From positions 160,001 to 224,000 of the forward strand of contig CAWCNY010000006.1 in NCBI GenBank assembly GCA_963797095.1: a DNA stretch of 64,000 bases, read 5' to 3'. A model generated the notes under the pieces. The model did no database searches. It saw only the letters and a program-made list of their open reading frames with translations, and had not been told where the DNA came from. This DNA is from an uncultured Chloroflexia bacterium. GTDB lineage: Bacteria > Chloroflexota > Chloroflexia > QHBQ01 > JADMIH01. Positions within the stretch are counted from its first letter, which is position 1, and each line of letters opens with the position of its first letter. Both the position numbers and the translations under genes were made by a program. Below, piece after piece: positions 60,357 through 64,000 of this stretch.

Positions 60357-61730
60357 CTATTTTCTGCGGGTGAGACCGCGGCTTACGGGTTCGCCATGGG
60401 GGCTTAGGAGCCACTCTTTGTCTGTGATGAGGCGGACGCCGCGCTCGTAGGTGAAATAGTTGAAGGCCCAGTTGATCAGGACGATCACGCGGTTGCGGAA
60501 GCCCACCAGGTACATCAGGTGGATGAAGAGCCAGCCGAACCAGGCTAGGCGCCCGCTCAGCTTAAACCCGAAGGCATCGAGTACGGCGGCCCGCCTGCCG
60601 ATGGTTGCCATGGTGCCTTTGTCGAAGTAGCGGAAGGCGCGCACCTTGCGGCCTCTGGTGCGGGCGAGGATGTTCTTGGCGGCCCACTTGCCCTGCTGGA
60701 TGGCTACGGGGGCAAGCATCGGGTAAGCCTGATTGTCTTTGTAGCCTTCGAGGTAGGCCATATCGCCGATCACGAACACTTCGGGATGGTCGGGAATGTT
60801 GAGGGTGGGGAGGATCTTCACCCTACCGCCTTTTGCGCTATCTGCCTGGAGGGCATTTGCTAGCTCGGCGGCCTTCACGCCTGCCGCCCAGACTACCACG
60901 CTTGCCTGTAACTCTTCGCCACCCTTGAAGGTGATGCGGCTATTGTTGACCGACTCCACGGGAGCCTGGAGTTTTAGCTCGACGCCCATGCTCTGGAGGC
61001 GCTTTTTGGCGGCTGCCTGGAGAGAATCGGGGAAGGCCGCAAGGATGCGGTCGGTGGCCTCTACGAGGATCACGCGGGCCTGGGCAATATCGAGCATGGG
61101 GTAGTCCCTGCGGAGCACATGCTGGATCAGTTCGCGGAAAGCGCCCGCAAGCTCCACACCTGTTGGGCCGCCTCCGATTATCACGAGGGTCATCAGGTCG
61201 CGCCTGCGCTGCGGGTCGTGCTCGTGGACCGCCTGCTCGAAATTGTAGAGGAGGCGGTTGCGGAGTCGCTCGGCCTCGTCGATATCTTTGAGGCCGTAGG
61301 TTTGCCAGGCGAGTGCGTCGTTGCCGAAGTAGTTGTTGGCGCTGCCCGCTGCCACTACGAGATAATCATAAGAATAGGTAGATGTGTCGGTGTAGACCAG
61401 GCGCTTGTCGAGATCGATGCGCTCGACGTTTGCCATCTGGAAATCGACGTTTTCATATTTGCGGAAAATGGCGCGCACCGGGTAGGCGATAGCTTCCTCT
61501 TCTAGTCCGGCGGTGGCTACCTGGTAGAGGAGGGGCCAGAAGCCGTGGTAGTTGTTGCGGTCAAGGATAAGCACATCAACGTCTTTGTTACCCAGCTCGC
61601 GCGCGGCGTTGATGCCGCCGAAGCCCGCGCCGATGACTAGCACGCGAGGGCGCGTGGTGCGCTTTGCCTCAACAGTTTCCGGCGTTTGCGCTACAATATC
61701 GCGTGTGGGTCTTTCGATTGTGGTATTCAT
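60357..61730 (-). CDS. ndh: Type II NADH dehydrogenase
   Basis: GAGFGG, PLLYQVAT, GGGPTGVELAG, VFVIGD and YFDKGTMATIGR motifs. Confidence 0.9.
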   Translation of the reverse strand: MNTTIERPTRDIVAQTPETVEAKRTTRPRVLVIGAGFGGINAARELGNKDVDVLILDRNNYHGFWPLLYQVATAGLEEEAIAYPVRAIFRKYENVDFQMANVERIDLDKRLVYTDTSTYSYDYLVVAAGSANNYFGNDALAWQTYGLKDIDEAERLRNRLLYNFEQAVHEHDPQRRRDLMTLVIIGGGPTGVELAGAFRELIQHVLRRDYPMLDIAQARVILVEATDRILAAFPDSLQAAAKKRLQSMGVELKLQAPVESVNNSRITFKGGEELQASVVVWAAGVKAAELANALQADSAKGGRVKILPTLNIPDHPEVFVIGDMAYLEGYKDNQAYPMLAPVAIQQGKWAAKNILARTRGRKVRAFRYFDKGTMATIGRRAAVLDAFGFKLSGRLAWFGWLFIHLMYLVGFRNRVIVLINWAFNYFTYERGVRLITDKEWLLSPHGEPVSRGLTRRK

Positions 61731-61803
61731 TTTGATGCCTCCGTTACCCGAAGGTGGGTTATCCCGTATACTTTAACGATGTTTCCACCTCCAATTCAAT
61801 AAT

Positions 61804-61821
61804 ACGTGAAATATTTCACAA
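61804..61821. promoter_or_regulatory. Rex operator candidate upstream of ndh
   Basis: ACGTGAAATATTTCACAA versus Rex consensus TTGTGAA-N4-TTCACAA. Confidence 0.7.
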
Positions 61822-61844
61822 AGTCAATACATCTTGAGAAGGAT

Positions 61845-62642
61845 ATGAATGTGATCAGCATGAATGGGACCGGGCCAAGCTACAACGGCCCGGCGATAGC
61901 ATCGCAGGGGTTGCGTAAAACGTACGGCCAATTCCTGGCGGTGAAAGATTTGAACCTGGCGATCAGGCAAGGTGAGATAGTGGGCTTCCTGGGACCGAAC
62001 GGCGCGGGCAAGACCACCACGCTCAAGATGCTGACCGGGCTGCTGAAGCCGACGGCGGGCACGGCACAGATCATGGGCCACGATATTCAGAACGATTCTG
62101 TGGCCGCTAAATCGCAACTCGGGTATGTGCCGGACACGCCCAATCTATACGGCAAATTGAGCGGCTGGGAGTTTTTGCGCTTCATGGCGCGATTGTACAG
62201 AGTGCCGACCGAGCAGGCCGAGCGGCGTGCGGGTGAGCTATTGCGGCTGTTCGAGCTTTATGACGCAGCGTCGGATATGGTCGAGGGGTACAGCCACGGC
62301 ATGCAGCAGAAGATGGCGCTGGCGGGGGCGTTGATACACGACCCGAAGGTGCTGTTCCTGGACGAGCCGACGGTGGGACTCGATCCGCGCTCGGCGCGCT
62401 TGATCAAGGATTTGTTGGTGCAGTTGCGCGACCGGGGAGCGGCGGTGTTCTTTTCGACGCATATCCTGGAGATCGCGGAGCGAATGTGCGACCGCGTGAT
62501 GATCATCAACAATGGAGAGATCGTAGCGGCAGGCACGATGGCCGAACTGAGGCAGATGCGGGGCGAAGGCTCGCTCGAAGACATATTCTTGAGTGTGACG
62601 GGCGGGGCGGAATACGCCGAGATCGCGGATGTGTTGAAGTGA
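61845..62642 (+). CDS. ABC transporter ATP-binding protein (ABC-2 exporter type)
   Basis: GPNGAGKT, YSHGMQQK, LFLDEP and STH motifs. Confidence 0.95.
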   Translation: MNVISMNGTGPSYNGPAIASQGLRKTYGQFLAVKDLNLAIRQGEIVGFLGPNGAGKTTTLKMLTGLLKPTAGTAQIMGHDIQNDSVAAKSQLGYVPDTPNLYGKLSGWEFLRFMARLYRVPTEQAERRAGELLRLFELYDAASDMVEGYSHGMQQKMALAGALIHDPKVLFLDEPTVGLDPRSARLIKDLLVQLRDRGAAVFFSTHILEIAERMCDRVMIINNGEIVAAGTMAELRQMRGEGSLEDIFLSVTGGAEYAEIADVLK

Positions 62643-62649
62643 TTGTGAG

Positions 62650-64000
62650 ATGAAGATCCTATTTTCGGATACATGGTTGTTGATATCGCTGCGCTGGCAT
62701 ATTACCTGGAACACGTTCAGGCACCGGAATGTGGCCGCGCAGATATTCTCGTTGCTGGGTGGCCTGTTGGTTGCGGCGCTGGTCGGGTTTGGTTTCGCAG
62801 GGTTAGGTTTTGGGCTTGGGGTGGTATTGACGGCATTGCCCGACCCGGACCTGGCGGCGCTGTTGCCTGGCGCATTGCTGACGGTGCTTTCGCTGATCAT
62901 GCTGTTGACAAGCTTCGGGGTGGCGCTTGGCACGCTTTTCCTCGCGAACGACCTTGAATTGCTGATGGCCGCGCCCGTGGATAGGCGCGCGGTGTTCCTG
63001 AGCAAGCTGCTGGATGGTATGGTTCCAAACTACGGTATCCTGGTGGCGATGGCGCTGCCTGCGCTCACGACGTTCGGGATCGCGCAGGGGTGGGGACCTC
63101 TCTATTACCTGCTGGTGCTATTGACGCTGGTGGTGCTGCCGTTGCTGCCCGCAGGGCTTGGCGCGCTGCTGGTGCTGCTGGTGGCGCGGGTGGCACCTGT
63201 GCGCAGGCTGAGGGAGATACTGGGCTTCGTGGGCGCGTTGTTCGGTATAAGCTGCGGCCTGATCTCACAGACCCTGCGTTTCTGGCTGCCCGACATGGTG
63301 GAACAACCAGGCTCGCCGCCGCCTGACCCGCAGGCCCTGTTGGACAGCGTGCGCGGCTGGGCGAGCGTGCCGATACCGACCTTGATGGCGGGGCGCGGGC
63401 TGGCCTCGGCGGGGCTGGGCGACTGGGGCATGCTGGTGGTATCGTATGGCGGGTTCTTCGTGCTGACGGTTGGGTTCTTCGTGGGGTGCGTGTGGGTGGC
63501 AGACCGGTTGTATGCTGCGGGCTGGGTGCGGATGCAGAGCAGCGGAAGCGCCAAGCGCGGCAAAGCGCGGTCGGCGAAGGCCGCCGCCAACGCGGGCTGG
63601 CTGGGGAGCGCCCCTGCCTGGTTTGCCATCGCTCTGAAGGATTGGAAGGTCATCCCGCGTGACCTGCGCAATTTCGCGCAATTGCTGGCTCCTATTGCGC
63701 TGCTGCCGTTCGTCTTTTTCGGGATCATCGCGGGCAACGACAGCACTAGGAGCGGGCCTAACCGCAACCCGCTGGAGGGGGCCGATCAGTTATCTCAGGG
63801 CGCGGTTGGTGTGTTTTTGGCGGCCGGTATTCTGGTGGCAGTGCTGTTTGTGTTCGGGAGAGTGGCCGAGACAAGCGTCAGTATAGAGGGGAAATCGTGG
63901 TGGCTGATGAAGGCCGCGCCGATATCGCCCTGGGAGGTGCTGCTGGGCAAGTTCGTGGCAGCAGCTATCCCCTATGTAATAGTAAGCCTGGTATTTATGG
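62650..64000 (+). CDS. ABC exporter permease, partial at window edge
   Basis: ATG 62650 open to the end; many TM segments, DLELLMAAP and EGKSWWLMKAAP motifs. Confidence 0.88.
   Translation, partial: MKILFSDTWLLISLRWHITWNTFRHRNVAAQIFSLLGGLLVAALVGFGFAGLGFGLGVVLTALPDPDLAALLPGALLTVLSLIMLLTSFGVALGTLFLANDLELLMAAPVDRRAVFLSKLLDGMVPNYGILVAMALPALTTFGIAQGWGPLYYLLVLLTLVVLPLLPAGLGALLVLLVARVAPVRRLREILGFVGALFGISCGLISQTLRFWLPDMVEQPGSPPPDPQALLDSVRGWASVPIPTLMAGRGLASAGLGDWGMLVVSYGGFFVLTVGFFVGCVWVADRLYAAGWVRMQSSGSAKRGKARSAKAAANAGWLGSAPAWFAIALKDWKVIPRDLRNFAQLLAPIALLPFVFFGIIAGNDSTRSGPNRNPLEGADQLSQGAVGVFLAAGILVAVLFVFGRVAETSVSIEGKSWWLMKAAPISPWEVLLGKFVAAAIPYVIVSLVFM

Overview
High-GC bacterial chromosomal window, inferred to be Chloroflexota (YFPETG/QYFERARFE-repeat secreted proteins, SLH-like CGGPGEPC tails). 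The core backbone carries ssrA-smpB, tRNA-Val(CAC), hslVU, dps, ndh, a fused 2-oxoacid dehydrogenase E1, DtxR, Lrp and CarH-type regulators, and three SLH-anchored surface proteins. Highlights: (1) a tightly linked 7-gene operon (8950-16689) built around a GlmL/MutL-like actin-fold ATPase and four membrane proteins, with no B12 mutase in the window, a candidate uncharacterised membrane machine; (2) a UxxC thioredoxin-fold selenoprotein candidate (27104-27679) that the ORF track truncates; (3) a decayed ABC/AAA-ATPase + PIN pair whose ATPase halves lie about 13.7 kb apart around a mosaic of IS remnants and cargo; (4) an IS701 with an IS5-type C-terminal domain and an intact IS1182, both with ends and target duplications visible; (5) heptamer repeats at many gene junctions, a dispersed ~60-bp repeat, and readable LacI, Rex and CarH operator candidates. 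Several single-base frameshifts may be assembly errors. Family assignments come from motif recognition by eye, not database searches.
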